Positions 52,194 to 60,787 of a stretch of DNA of 64,000 bases are shown piece by piece. The stretch spans positions 658-64,657 of the forward strand of contig DATJYC010000050.1 in the NCBI GenBank assembly GCA_035499735.1, given 5' to 3'. Origin of the DNA: Burkholderiales bacterium (GTDB lineage Bacteria; Pseudomonadota; Gammaproteobacteria; Burkholderiales; SG8-39). Both the position numbers and the translations under genes were made by a program. The notes under the pieces were generated by a model. The model saw only the letters and a list, made by a program, of their open reading frames with translations. It was not told where the DNA came from and made no database searches. Every line of letters begins with the position of its first letter. Position 1 is the stretch's first letter.

Positions 52194-54470
52194 ATGCCCA
52201 AAGTCAGCGAGATGAAGGACGCAGTCTTCGACGGCCGCAAGATGGGCTACGTGCCGCCGAAGCATCTGAACATTTCGCCGAAGCTCAAGCTGCATCGCAA
52301 GAGCGCGAAGAAGATCGACCCGATCACGTATGAAGTGATCCGCCACAGCCTGTGGCACGTGAACGAGGAGCACGGGGCCACGATCCAGCGCCTGTCCGGG
52401 TCGCCGGTCGCGATGTACGCGCTCGACTTGAATCCCTCGATCCTCACCGAGGACGGCGAGTTCATCTACTTCGGCCCGTACATGCAGTACATGTCCGGGG
52501 TCACCGACACCCAGGTGAAGTGGGCGCTCGAGTACCGCAGCGACAATCCCGGCATCCGCGACGGCGACATGTTCCTCGCCAACGACCCCTGGGTGGGCGC
52601 GGCGCACCAGCAGGACGTGATGCTGATCTGCCCGGTGTTCTGGAAGGGCGAGCTGTTCTGCTGGGTCACGAACTGCCTGCACCAGTACGACCTGGGCGGC
52701 ATCACGCCCTCGTCCTTCTGCGGCGGCGCCCGGGACGCGTTCGACGAGGGCATGTGCATCCCGCCGGTGAAGATCGTCGAGGGCAACGAGATCCGCCGCG
52801 ACATTGAGGAGCTTTATCTGCGCTCCTCGCGCAAGCCCGAGGCGGTGGCGCTCGACTTCCGCGCCCAGCTTGCCGGCAACATCACCGCCCGCGACCGGGT
52901 GCTGGCGCTCGTGCGCCGCTACGGCCCCGAGGTCGTGAAGGGCGTGATGCGGAGAATCCTCGACAACGGGGAGCAGGCGTTCCTCGCGAAGCTCAAGCGC
53001 CTGCCCGACGGAGTGTGGCGCGAGCGCACCTACGTCGAGTGCTGCCGGCCGGGCGACCGGCGCACGCACCGCGTGATGCTGACGCTGAGGAAGAAAGGCA
53101 CGAAGCTCGTGTTCGAGAACGAGGGCAGCGCGCCCCAGGACGGCGCGATGAACGCGACCTACTCCGGCTGGCGCGGCTCGATCATGGTCGCCTTGAACCA
53201 GCTCCTCTGCTGGGACCAGTACTTCTCGATCGGCGGCGCGCTGCGCCACGTCGAGTTCGACCCGACGCCGGGCACCTTCAACTGCGCCAACTTCCCCGCC
53301 TCGGTGTCGACCGCGCCGGTGCAGGCGATGGAGATCTCGCTCTACCCGGCGTACAACGTGCTCTCGAAGATGATCCACAGCGACCCCGCGATGCGCCGCG
53401 ACATCATGTGCATCGGCGGCACCAGCCAGTGGCCGGCGACCATCTTCCGCGGAACCGACCAGTGGGGCGAGCGCTACGGCTACCTTCTCGTCGATCCGAT
53501 CGGCGGGGCGATCGGCGCCTTTGCGACGGGCGACGGGATCTCGACCGGCGGGCAGTCGCGGACGCCGATCTGCAAGCTCCCGAACGTGGAGCACACCGAG
53601 CAGACCTTCCCGCTGCTCTTTCTCTACCGTAAGGAAGTGGTCGATTCGGGCGGCGCGGGCCGCAACCGCGGCGGGCTGTCCGCGGAGTCCTGCTTCATCC
53701 CGCACCACACCGACGCGATCACTCAGGACACGCTGTCCTCGGGCAACGCCATGCCGACCTCGCCCGGGATGATGGGAGGCTACCCGGGCTCGGTGAACGT
53801 CTACAAGTTCAGGCGCGCGACCGACATCTTCGAGCGCCTCGCGAAGCGCGAGATTCCCACCGACATCGCGCAGGTGAAGGGCGAGGACGTGACCCTGCAG
53901 CTGCGCCAGGAGAACTTCGTGCAGAAGCCCGAGGACGTGTACGCGGTGATCTGGTCGGCGGCCGGCGGCTTCGGCGACCCGCTCGAGCGCGATCCCGAGA
54001 AAGTGCGCGACGACGTGGTCGACCAGCGCTCGGTGTCGGCCGCGGCCGCGCGCTCCATCTACGGCGTCGTGATCGACCGCGAGCACCTCGATCCCGTCGC
54101 GACGAGGATGCTCCGCGCCGAGATGCGCGCGGCGAACGCGAAAGAGGGCGCGGCAAAGCTCTCGGGCAAGGTGGTCGCCCGCATCACCGACAACCTCGAG
54201 GTGCGCCGCGAAAGCGCCGTCCTGCGCTGCGCGTGCGCGAAATGCGCGGCCGACCTGGGGCCCGTGCGCGACAACTATAAGGACCACTGCGTCAGGCGCG
54301 AGTCCGACATCAGCGCGGCCAACCCCAACATCGGGGACTACAGGCGCTACATCGACGACCGCCCGGTGTTCCGCCAGTTCTACTGCCCGGGGTGCGGTGC
54401 GCTCGTCGAGAACGAGATCGCGCGCGCCGACGACGAGGTGCTGCGCGACATAGAGCTCGACCTGCGATGA
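52194..54470 (+). CDS. Hydantoinase B-type subunit (HyuB; acetone-carboxylase alpha-like) with a fused C-terminal AcxC (gamma)-like Cys4 zinc domain
   Basis: DPITYEVIRHSLWHVNEEHG...ANDPWVGAAHQQD is the HyuB core. The last ~100 aa (LRCACAKCAADLGPVRDNYK...FRQFYCPGCGALVENE) align by eye to the acetone carboxylase gamma-subunit motif (RCECGHDFC...NWK...REYFCPECGT). Confidence 0.85.
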   Translation: MPKVSEMKDAVFDGRKMGYVPPKHLNISPKLKLHRKSAKKIDPITYEVIRHSLWHVNEEHGATIQRLSGSPVAMYALDLNPSILTEDGEFIYFGPYMQYMSGVTDTQVKWALEYRSDNPGIRDGDMFLANDPWVGAAHQQDVMLICPVFWKGELFCWVTNCLHQYDLGGITPSSFCGGARDAFDEGMCIPPVKIVEGNEIRRDIEELYLRSSRKPEAVALDFRAQLAGNITARDRVLALVRRYGPEVVKGVMRRILDNGEQAFLAKLKRLPDGVWRERTYVECCRPGDRRTHRVMLTLRKKGTKLVFENEGSAPQDGAMNATYSGWRGSIMVALNQLLCWDQYFSIGGALRHVEFDPTPGTFNCANFPASVSTAPVQAMEISLYPAYNVLSKMIHSDPAMRRDIMCIGGTSQWPATIFRGTDQWGERYGYLLVDPIGGAIGAFATGDGISTGGQSRTPICKLPNVEHTEQTFPLLFLYRKEVVDSGGAGRNRGGLSAESCFIPHHTDAITQDTLSSGNAMPTSPGMMGGYPGSVNVYKFRRATDIFERLAKREIPTDIAQVKGEDVTLQLRQENFVQKPEDVYAVIWSAAGGFGDPLERDPEKVRDDVVDQRSVSAAAARSIYGVVIDREHLDPVATRMLRAEMRAANAKEGAAKLSGKVVARITDNLEVRRESAVLRCACAKCAADLGPVRDNYKDHCVRRESDISAANPNIGDYRRYIDDRPVFRQFYCPGCGALVENEIARADDEVLRDIELDLR

Positions 54471-56182
54471 CGGCTTCGGCGATCGCGCTCCCGCGCGCGT
54501 TCGACTGGAAGTGGATCATGATCGGCGTGTGCGTGGCCCTGACCGCGTATATCGCGGTGGTGCCGCTCGCGTTCCTCCTGTGGCAGAGCTTCTTCACGCC
54601 GCAGACCGCCGCGAAGGCGGCGCGCTTCACGCTGGACAACTACGCCCAGGCCTACGGCTCGGCCGACACGGCGAGGCTCTTCTGGACCTCGCTCCAGTTC
54701 GCGTTCGGCGCCTCGCTGTTCTCGTTCTCCCTGGGCACCGCGCTCGCCTGGATGAACGAGCGCACCAACACGCCGTTCAAGACGCTGTTCTTCGCGCTGT
54801 CGATCATCCCGCTGGTGATCCCCGGGATCCTGTTCACGGTCGCGTGGATTCTCCTCGGCAGCCCCAAGATCGGCATCCTCAACCTCGCGCTCCGGGACTG
54901 GCTGGGCCTCGAGAAGCCGCTCTTCAACGTCTACTCGATCTGGGGAATGATGTGGGTCGACGGCCTGCACTATTCGCCGATGGCCTTCCTGCTGATGACC
55001 GCGGCCTTCCGCTCGATGGACCCGTCCCTCGAGGAGTCCGCGACCATGTGCGGAGCGGGCATTCTCCAGACGGCGCGGCGCATCACGCTCAGGCTCGCCT
55101 GGCCGGCGATCCTCGCGACGCTGCTCGTTCTCTTCGTGCGCGCGATCGAGTCCTTCGAGGTGCCGGCGCTGCTCGGGCTGCCGGTCGGCATCCACGTGTT
55201 CACCTCGGCGATCTACCAGGCGGTGCAGCGCTACCCGAGCCAGATCGGCCTTGCATCGGCCTACGGGATGACGCTCCTCGTGATCACCTCGATCGGCGTG
55301 TACTTCGTGTCGCGGCTCTCGAGCCGCGGCAGCCGCTACGCGACGGTGACGGGCAAGGGCTTCCGCCCCCGCACGCTCGACCTCGGCCACTGGCGCTGGG
55401 TCTGCGCGGGCGCGTTCGTCCTGTACTTCCTGATGATCGTGGTGCTGCCCTTCGCGGTGCTGCTCTGGTCCTCGTTCCAGAAGTTCTATTCGGTACCGTC
55501 CTGGCAGGCGCTGCACAACCTCACCCTCGATCCGTACCGCTTCATCTTCAGCTATCCGAACCTGCCGGGCACGGTGTGGAACACGCTCGTGCTCTCTTTC
55601 GGCAGCGCGACGCTCATCATGCTGGTCACCTCGGTCATTTGCTGGATGGTGGTCAAGACGAAGGTCCCCGGGCGCTGGCTGCTCGACAACGTCGCCTCGC
55701 TGCCCCTGGTCTTTCCGGGCCTCGTCCTGGGGCTCTCGATCATGATCTTCTATCTCAACGTCGACGTCGGCGTCTACGGCACGATGTGGATCATGTTCAT
55801 CGCCTACGTGACGCGCTTCATGCCCTACGGGCTGCGCTACAACACCGCGTCCATGCTGCAGATCCACAAGGAGCTCGAGGAATCCGCGGCGATGAGCGGC
55901 GCGTCCTGGGGCACGACCTTCGTGCGCGTGGTCCTTCCGCTGCTCAAGCCGGGGCTGGTCGCCGGCTGGATCTACGTGATGATCGTCTCGATCCGCGAGC
56001 TCTCCAGCTCCATCCTCCTCTACAGCCCGGGCACCGAAGTGCTTTCGATCACGATCTGGGAGCTGTGGGAGAACGGCCAGTACGTCGAGCTGTCGGCGCT
56101 GGGCGTTCTCTTCATCGCGGCGCTCTTCGTCCTCGTGATGGCGGCCCAGTGGCTGGGCGGCAAGTTCGGCTTGAAGGAATAG
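54467..56182 (+). CDS. ABC transporter permease, fused two-domain type (FbpB/ThiP/PotBC-like)
   Basis: 571 aa with about 12 TM helices and two EAA-like loops (LEESATMCGAG and LEESAAMSGAS). ATGA overlap with the hyuB stop. Confidence 0.88.
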   Translation: MTASAIALPRAFDWKWIMIGVCVALTAYIAVVPLAFLLWQSFFTPQTAAKAARFTLDNYAQAYGSADTARLFWTSLQFAFGASLFSFSLGTALAWMNERTNTPFKTLFFALSIIPLVIPGILFTVAWILLGSPKIGILNLALRDWLGLEKPLFNVYSIWGMMWVDGLHYSPMAFLLMTAAFRSMDPSLEESATMCGAGILQTARRITLRLAWPAILATLLVLFVRAIESFEVPALLGLPVGIHVFTSAIYQAVQRYPSQIGLASAYGMTLLVITSIGVYFVSRLSSRGSRYATVTGKGFRPRTLDLGHWRWVCAGAFVLYFLMIVVLPFAVLLWSSFQKFYSVPSWQALHNLTLDPYRFIFSYPNLPGTVWNTLVLSFGSATLIMLVTSVICWMVVKTKVPGRWLLDNVASLPLVFPGLVLGLSIMIFYLNVDVGVYGTMWIMFIAYVTRFMPYGLRYNTASMLQIHKELEESAAMSGASWGTTFVRVVLPLLKPGLVAGWIYVMIVSIRELSSSILLYSPGTEVLSITIWELWENGQYVELSALGVLFIAALFVLVMAAQWLGGKFGLKE

Positions 56183-56186
56183 GCGC

Positions 56187-57263
56187 GTGCTCAAGGTCGA
56201 GGGCCTCAACACCGAGTATCCGAACGAGCGCGGCGAGGTCGTGCGCGCCGCGCAGGACGTGAGCTTCGAGGTGCCGCAGGGGCAGCTCTTCACGCTGCTC
56301 GGTCCCAGCGGCTGCGGGAAGACCACGACGCTGCGCTCGATCGCGGGGCTCGAGCGGCCGCGCTCGGGGGAGATCAGCGTCGGCGGCCGGGTCGTCTACT
56401 CGGGCAGCCGCAACGTCTTCGTCGCCCCCAACCGGCGCGGCTTCGGCATGGTGTTCCAGTCCTACGCCATCTGGCCGCACATGAGCGTGTTCCAGAACGC
56501 GGCCTTCCCCCTCCAGGTCGGCGCGCGGCGGCTGAGGCGCACGGAGATCCGCGACAAGGTCATGCGCGTGCTCGCCGCGGTGCAGCTCGAGGCCCTTGCC
56601 GAGCGCGAGGCGACGAAGCTCTCGGGCGGCCAGCAGCAGCGGTTGGCCCTCGCGCGCGCCCTCGCCATGGAGCCGCAGCTCCTTCTCCTCGACGAGCCGC
56701 TCTCCAACCTCGACGCAAAGCTGCGCGAGCGCATGCGCTTCGAGCTGAAGCGCCTTCAGCGCGACCTGAAGATCACGACCGTGTACGTCACCCACGACCA
56801 GAGCGAAGCGCTCGCGCTCTCGCATTCCATCGCGGTGATGAACGAGGGACGAATCGAGCAGATCGGCACGCCGCGCGACATCTACGAGAAGCCGGGCAGC
56901 CGCTTCGTCGCGGACTTCGTCGGCACGACGAACTTCATCGAAGGGGAGATGCTCGCAGGCGGGAGGGCGCGCACCGCGATCGGCGACATCGAGACCGGCG
57001 CCGGGGAGCTGCGCGAGGGCGACCGCGTGCTGCTGTCGGTGCGGCCCGAGGACGTCGACCTGTCCGAGATCCGCCCCGAGGGCGCCAACGTGTGGGAGGG
57101 GAAGGTCGACCAGAAGGTGTTCCTCGGCGAGTTCGTCGACTTCCAGGTCAGGGTCGGCGGCCGCATCCTGCTCTCGCGCCGGCATCCGTCGCTGCGCACG
57201 CCCATTGGCGGGGCGATCTTCGTAAGGCTCCATCCCGAGAAGTGCGTGGCGCTAAAGGCCTAG
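56187..57263 (+). CDS. ABC transporter ATP-binding protein (FbpC/PotA-like)
   Basis: Walker A GPSGCGKTT, signature LSGGQQQRLALARA, Walker B LLLLDEPLS, plus a C-terminal TOBE-like domain. Confidence 0.93.
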   Translation: MLKVEGLNTEYPNERGEVVRAAQDVSFEVPQGQLFTLLGPSGCGKTTTLRSIAGLERPRSGEISVGGRVVYSGSRNVFVAPNRRGFGMVFQSYAIWPHMSVFQNAAFPLQVGARRLRRTEIRDKVMRVLAAVQLEALAEREATKLSGGQQQRLALARALAMEPQLLLLDEPLSNLDAKLRERMRFELKRLQRDLKITTVYVTHDQSEALALSHSIAVMNEGRIEQIGTPRDIYEKPGSRFVADFVGTTNFIEGEMLAGGRARTAIGDIETGAGELREGDRVLLSVRPEDVDLSEIRPEGANVWEGKVDQKVFLGEFVDFQVRVGGRILLSRRHPSLRTPIGGAIFVRLHPEKCVALKA

Positions 57264-57313
57264 CCCACGGCCTCGTTGACAGGGCGGCGGCCGCGGCGTA
57301 GAAGTCCCGCCTC

Positions 57314-58354
57314 ATGAAGCCCTTTCTCGCCCTGGCGCTCCTGGCCGCCGCGATTTCCGCGCACGCCCAGGTCGAGCCGAACGCCACCGCCGCCGTCGCC
57401 CTCTACGCCGGCCCCGATCGGCTGCAGAGGCTGATCGAAGGCGCGAAGAAGGAGGGCGAGCTCAACCTGTATACCTCGGCGCAGGCCGACGACATCGGCG
57501 CCGTCGGCGCGGCGTATGAGAAGAAGTACGGGGTGCGCGTGAACATGTGGCGCTCGAGCTCGGAGAAGGTGCTGCAGCGCGCCCTCGCCGAGGCGCGCGC
57601 CAATCGGCACACCATGGACGTCGCCGAGACCAACGGTCCCGAGATGGAGTCGATGCACCGGGAGAAGATCCTCCAGCTCGTGAAGTCGCCCTATCTCGCC
57701 GACCTGATCGCGCCGGCGCTGTTCCCTCACGGCGAATGGGTCAGCACGCGCATGAACGTGTTCGTGCAGGCGTACAACACCAAGGCCGTGAGGAAGCAGG
57801 ATCTCCCGAGGTCCTGGGAGGACCTGTTCGATCCGAAATGGAAAGGCAAGCTCGGCATCGAGCAGGAGGACGCCGACTGGCTCGCGGGCATGATGGGCGA
57901 GCTGGGCGAGGCCCGCGGCACGAAGGTCTTCAGGGACATCGTCGCGAGGAACGGCATGTCGATGCGCAAGGGCCACACCCTGCTCGCGCAGCTGGTGGTG
58001 TCGGGCGAGGTGCCGCTCGCGCTCACCGTCTACAACTACAAGGCCGAGCAGCTCAAGCGCAAGGGCGCGCCGATCGACTGGTTCGCCATCGGCACGGCGA
58101 TCGCGCGGCCGAACGGCGTCGGCGTCGCGCGCGCTGCGCCTCATCCCCATGCCGCGGTGCTCTTCTACGACTTCGAGATCAGCGAGGAGGGCCAGAAGAT
58201 CCTCGCGCAGCGCGATTTCGTGCCCACGAACCGGAAGGTCGACAGCCCGCTCAACAAGCTGCCGCTCAGGTTCGTCGACCCGAGCGTCACGCTCGACCAG
58301 TACGACAAGTGGGTGAATCTCTACCAGGACATCTTCGGAGCCGGCGCGCGCTGA
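57314..58354 (+). CDS. ABC transporter periplasmic substrate-binding protein (Fe3+/polyamine-type, family 1), copy 1
   Basis: Signal peptide MKPFLALALLAAAISAHA; KKEGELNLYTS...WKGKLGIE...GEVPLALTVYNY pattern. Confidence 0.85.
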   Translation: MKPFLALALLAAAISAHAQVEPNATAAVALYAGPDRLQRLIEGAKKEGELNLYTSAQADDIGAVGAAYEKKYGVRVNMWRSSSEKVLQRALAEARANRHTMDVAETNGPEMESMHREKILQLVKSPYLADLIAPALFPHGEWVSTRMNVFVQAYNTKAVRKQDLPRSWEDLFDPKWKGKLGIEQEDADWLAGMMGELGEARGTKVFRDIVARNGMSMRKGHTLLAQLVVSGEVPLALTVYNYKAEQLKRKGAPIDWFAIGTAIARPNGVGVARAAPHPHAAVLFYDFEISEEGQKILAQRDFVPTNRKVDSPLNKLPLRFVDPSVTLDQYDKWVNLYQDIFGAGAR

Positions 58355-59379
58355 TGCTTCGCTGGATTCCGCTGCTCGCTCTCGCGTCCGCCCAATGCGC
58401 GGCGGCGCAGGCCCTCTTCGACTACGCCGGCCCCGACCGCATGGAGCGGATCGCGGCGGCGGCGAAGAAGGAAGGCACGCTCACGATCTACACCACCTTC
58501 GCCGAGAAGGACCAGCCGGCCCTGTTCGGTCCCTTCGAGGCGAAATACGGGGTGAAGGTGGTCGTGTGGCGCGCGGGAACCGACAAGGTCCTGCAGCGCA
58601 CGGTCGCCGAGGCCAGGGCGAGAAGATACAGCGTCGACGTGATCCACTTCGGCGCGCCGGAGATGGAAGCCCTGTCGCGCGAGAAGATCCTCCAGGCGGT
58701 GAATTCCCCCGTGCACAAGGACCTACATCCGGGGTCGGTGCCCGCCCATCGCGAGTGGGCGGCGACGCTGCTCTCGGTCTGGGTGCAGGCGTACAACACC
58801 AACCTCGTCCGCAGGCAGGACCTGCCGAGGACCTATGCCGACCTCCTCGACCCGCGCTGGAAGGGCAAGCTCGGCATCGAGGCGAAGAACGAGGACTGGT
58901 TCGCGTCCGTGGTCGACGTCATGGGCGGCGGCGAGAAGGGGCTGAAGTTCTTCCGCGACCTCGTGGCGGGGAACGGCCTCTCGCCGCGCACCGGGCACAC
59001 GCTCCTCAACAACATGGTGATCGCGGGCGAGGTGCCGCTCGCGCTCGACATCTACAATTACATGCCCGAGCAGGCGAGGCGCAAAGGCGCGCCGATCGGC
59101 TGGTTCGCGCTCGAGCCGGCGATCGCACGCTCGAACGCGATCGGCATCGCGCGCCGCGCCCCGCATCCGAACGCGGCGCTGCTCTTCTACGAGTACATGC
59201 TGGGCGTGGAGGGGCAGCGGATCCTCGCGAAGATGGACTACGTTCCCTCCAACACGAAGGTCGCCTCGCCCCTGACGGGAGTGAAGATCCTGCAGACCGA
59301 TCCGATCCGCACGCTCGACGAGAGCGACAAGTGGAAGGACCTTTTCGAGAAGATCGTCCTGAATCCATCGAGGAATTGA
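58354..59379 (+). CDS. ABC transporter periplasmic substrate-binding protein, copy 2 (tandem paralogue)
   Basis: Signal peptide MLRWIPLLALASAQCAAA. Collinear with copy 1 over its whole length, with roughly half the positions identical by eye. TGATG 1-nt overlap with copy 1. Confidence 0.85.
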   Translation: MLRWIPLLALASAQCAAAQALFDYAGPDRMERIAAAAKKEGTLTIYTTFAEKDQPALFGPFEAKYGVKVVVWRAGTDKVLQRTVAEARARRYSVDVIHFGAPEMEALSREKILQAVNSPVHKDLHPGSVPAHREWAATLLSVWVQAYNTNLVRRQDLPRTYADLLDPRWKGKLGIEAKNEDWFASVVDVMGGGEKGLKFFRDLVAGNGLSPRTGHTLLNNMVIAGEVPLALDIYNYMPEQARRKGAPIGWFALEPAIARSNAIGIARRAPHPNAALLFYEYMLGVEGQRILAKMDYVPSNTKVASPLTGVKILQTDPIRTLDESDKWKDLFEKIVLNPSRN

Positions 59380-59408
59380 GCCGGGTCTGGTAACATTGCG
59401 CGCTTGTC

Positions 59409-60629
59409 ATGAGCGTCGCCGTCGCCGTTCCCGAAACTCCGCGCGGATCCTTCCGCGAAATGTGGCTGATCACCCTCGGCCACGCGCTCACGCACTGGTA
59501 TCCCGCGACCTTCTACCTGCTGCTGCCCATCATCGGCAGGGAGCTGGGCCTCTCGTACAGCCAGATCGGCCTCGTCATGACCTGCCAGTACATCGCGGGC
59601 GCGGTGGCGAACGTCCCGGGAGGCGTGCTCGTCGACACCGTGGGCAGGAAGGGCGTCCTCATGGCGACCTCGCTCTTCTGGGTCGGCTTCCCGTACCTGC
59701 TGATGGGCTTCGCGCACAGCTACCTGATGCTGCTCGGGTGCGTCGCCCTTGTGGGATTCGGCAACAGCCTGTGGCACCCGACCGCGATCCCCACGCTCGC
59801 GCGGCGCTTCCCGGACCGCAAGGGCCTGGTGCTCTCGCTGCACAGCATGGGCGGGAACGTCGGCGACGCGATCGCGCCGCTCGCGGTGGGCGCGCTGCTC
59901 TCGGTGCTCACGTGGCGCCAGGCGGTGGTGCTCAACGTGGCGCCGGGGATACTGCTCGCGCTCCTCATCTTCGTGTTCCTGGGAACGATGCGGCTGGGCG
60001 CGAAGAAGGCCGCGCCGCCGGGCGGCCAGTCGCTGCGCGACTATTTCCGCGGGCTTCCCGAGCTGTTCTCCAACCGCGGGCTCGTCGTCCTCGCCTCGAG
60101 CTCCGCGTTCCGCTCGATGACCCAGAACGCGCTCCTCACGTTCCTCCCGGTCTACCTCGCCTACGAGCTCGGCTACCCGCCGTTCTGGGTGGGCGCGTGC
60201 ATGTTCGCGCTGCAGGCAGCGGGCTTCGCCGCGGCGCCCGTCGCCGGGCACCTGTCCGACCGCATGGGCCGCAGGAGCGTGATGATGACCAGCATGGCGA
60301 TGACCGCCGTGGTGCTGCTGTTCATGGCGCTCGCCGGGAAGTCCGCCGCGTTCGTGTTCTTCGTCACCATCCTCGGATTCTTCCTCTACGCGATCCGCCC
60401 GGTGCTGCAGGCCTGGCTGCTCGAGACGACGCCGAAGAACATGGGCGGAACGAGCATCGGCGTGCTCTTCGGCGCGCAGGCGCTCGGCTCCTCCGTGGGG
60501 CCGGTCCTCGGCGGGATGGTCGCGGACCGCTACGGCCTCTCGTCGGCGTTCACCTTCCTCGCGGTCACGATCGTGATCGCGAACCTCTTCATCTTCTTCA
60601 TGCCGAAGGACGCGACGCGCGGTCCTTGA
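59409..60629 (+). CDS. MFS transporter
   Basis: 406 aa, 12 predicted TM helices, MFS loop motif LVDTVGRKG and second-half GHLSDRMGRRS. Confidence 0.88.
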   Translation: MSVAVAVPETPRGSFREMWLITLGHALTHWYPATFYLLLPIIGRELGLSYSQIGLVMTCQYIAGAVANVPGGVLVDTVGRKGVLMATSLFWVGFPYLLMGFAHSYLMLLGCVALVGFGNSLWHPTAIPTLARRFPDRKGLVLSLHSMGGNVGDAIAPLAVGALLSVLTWRQAVVLNVAPGILLALLIFVFLGTMRLGAKKAAPPGGQSLRDYFRGLPELFSNRGLVVLASSSAFRSMTQNALLTFLPVYLAYELGYPPFWVGACMFALQAAGFAAAPVAGHLSDRMGRRSVMMTSMAMTAVVLLFMALAGKSAAFVFFVTILGFFLYAIRPVLQAWLLETTPKNMGGTSIGVLFGAQALGSSVGPVLGGMVADRYGLSSAFTFLAVTIVIANLFIFFMPKDATRGP

Positions 60630-60680
60630 CCGCCGGCATGCGGCAAGTCTGGCAGGGTGGGCAGTGGGCTGGGGTTCGGC

Positions 60681-60709
60681 TTGACAAATCGCGCCTTGCT
60701 TTCATAATC
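60681..60709 (+). promoter_or_regulatory. Candidate sigma70 promoter for the liv-type ABC operon
   Basis: TTGACA (60681-60686), 16-nt spacer, CATAAT (60703-60708), about 80 nt upstream of ATG 60788, which is preceded by AGGAGGAG. Confidence 0.55.
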
Positions 60710-60787
60710 GCCGCTCAGGCCCACGGGAGGGCCGCGAGGCGGAGACGATCGCCTCAGCACATTCGGCAGTCCAATCTAGGAGGAGAC

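Noticed and set aside
52351-52366. Second parS-like sequence TGTGGCACGTGAACGA inside hyuB
   Set aside because: It has three mismatches to TGTTNCACGTGAAACA, including in the conserved arms, and lies inside a coding region far from the origin genes. It is probably a chance CACGTG-centred match.
50042-54287. 732-aa and 714-aa minus-strand ORFs (50042-52240 and 52143-54287)
   Set aside because: They are shadow ORFs antisense to hyuA and hyuB. They have no motifs, and the plus-strand products have clear hydantoinase A/B signatures.
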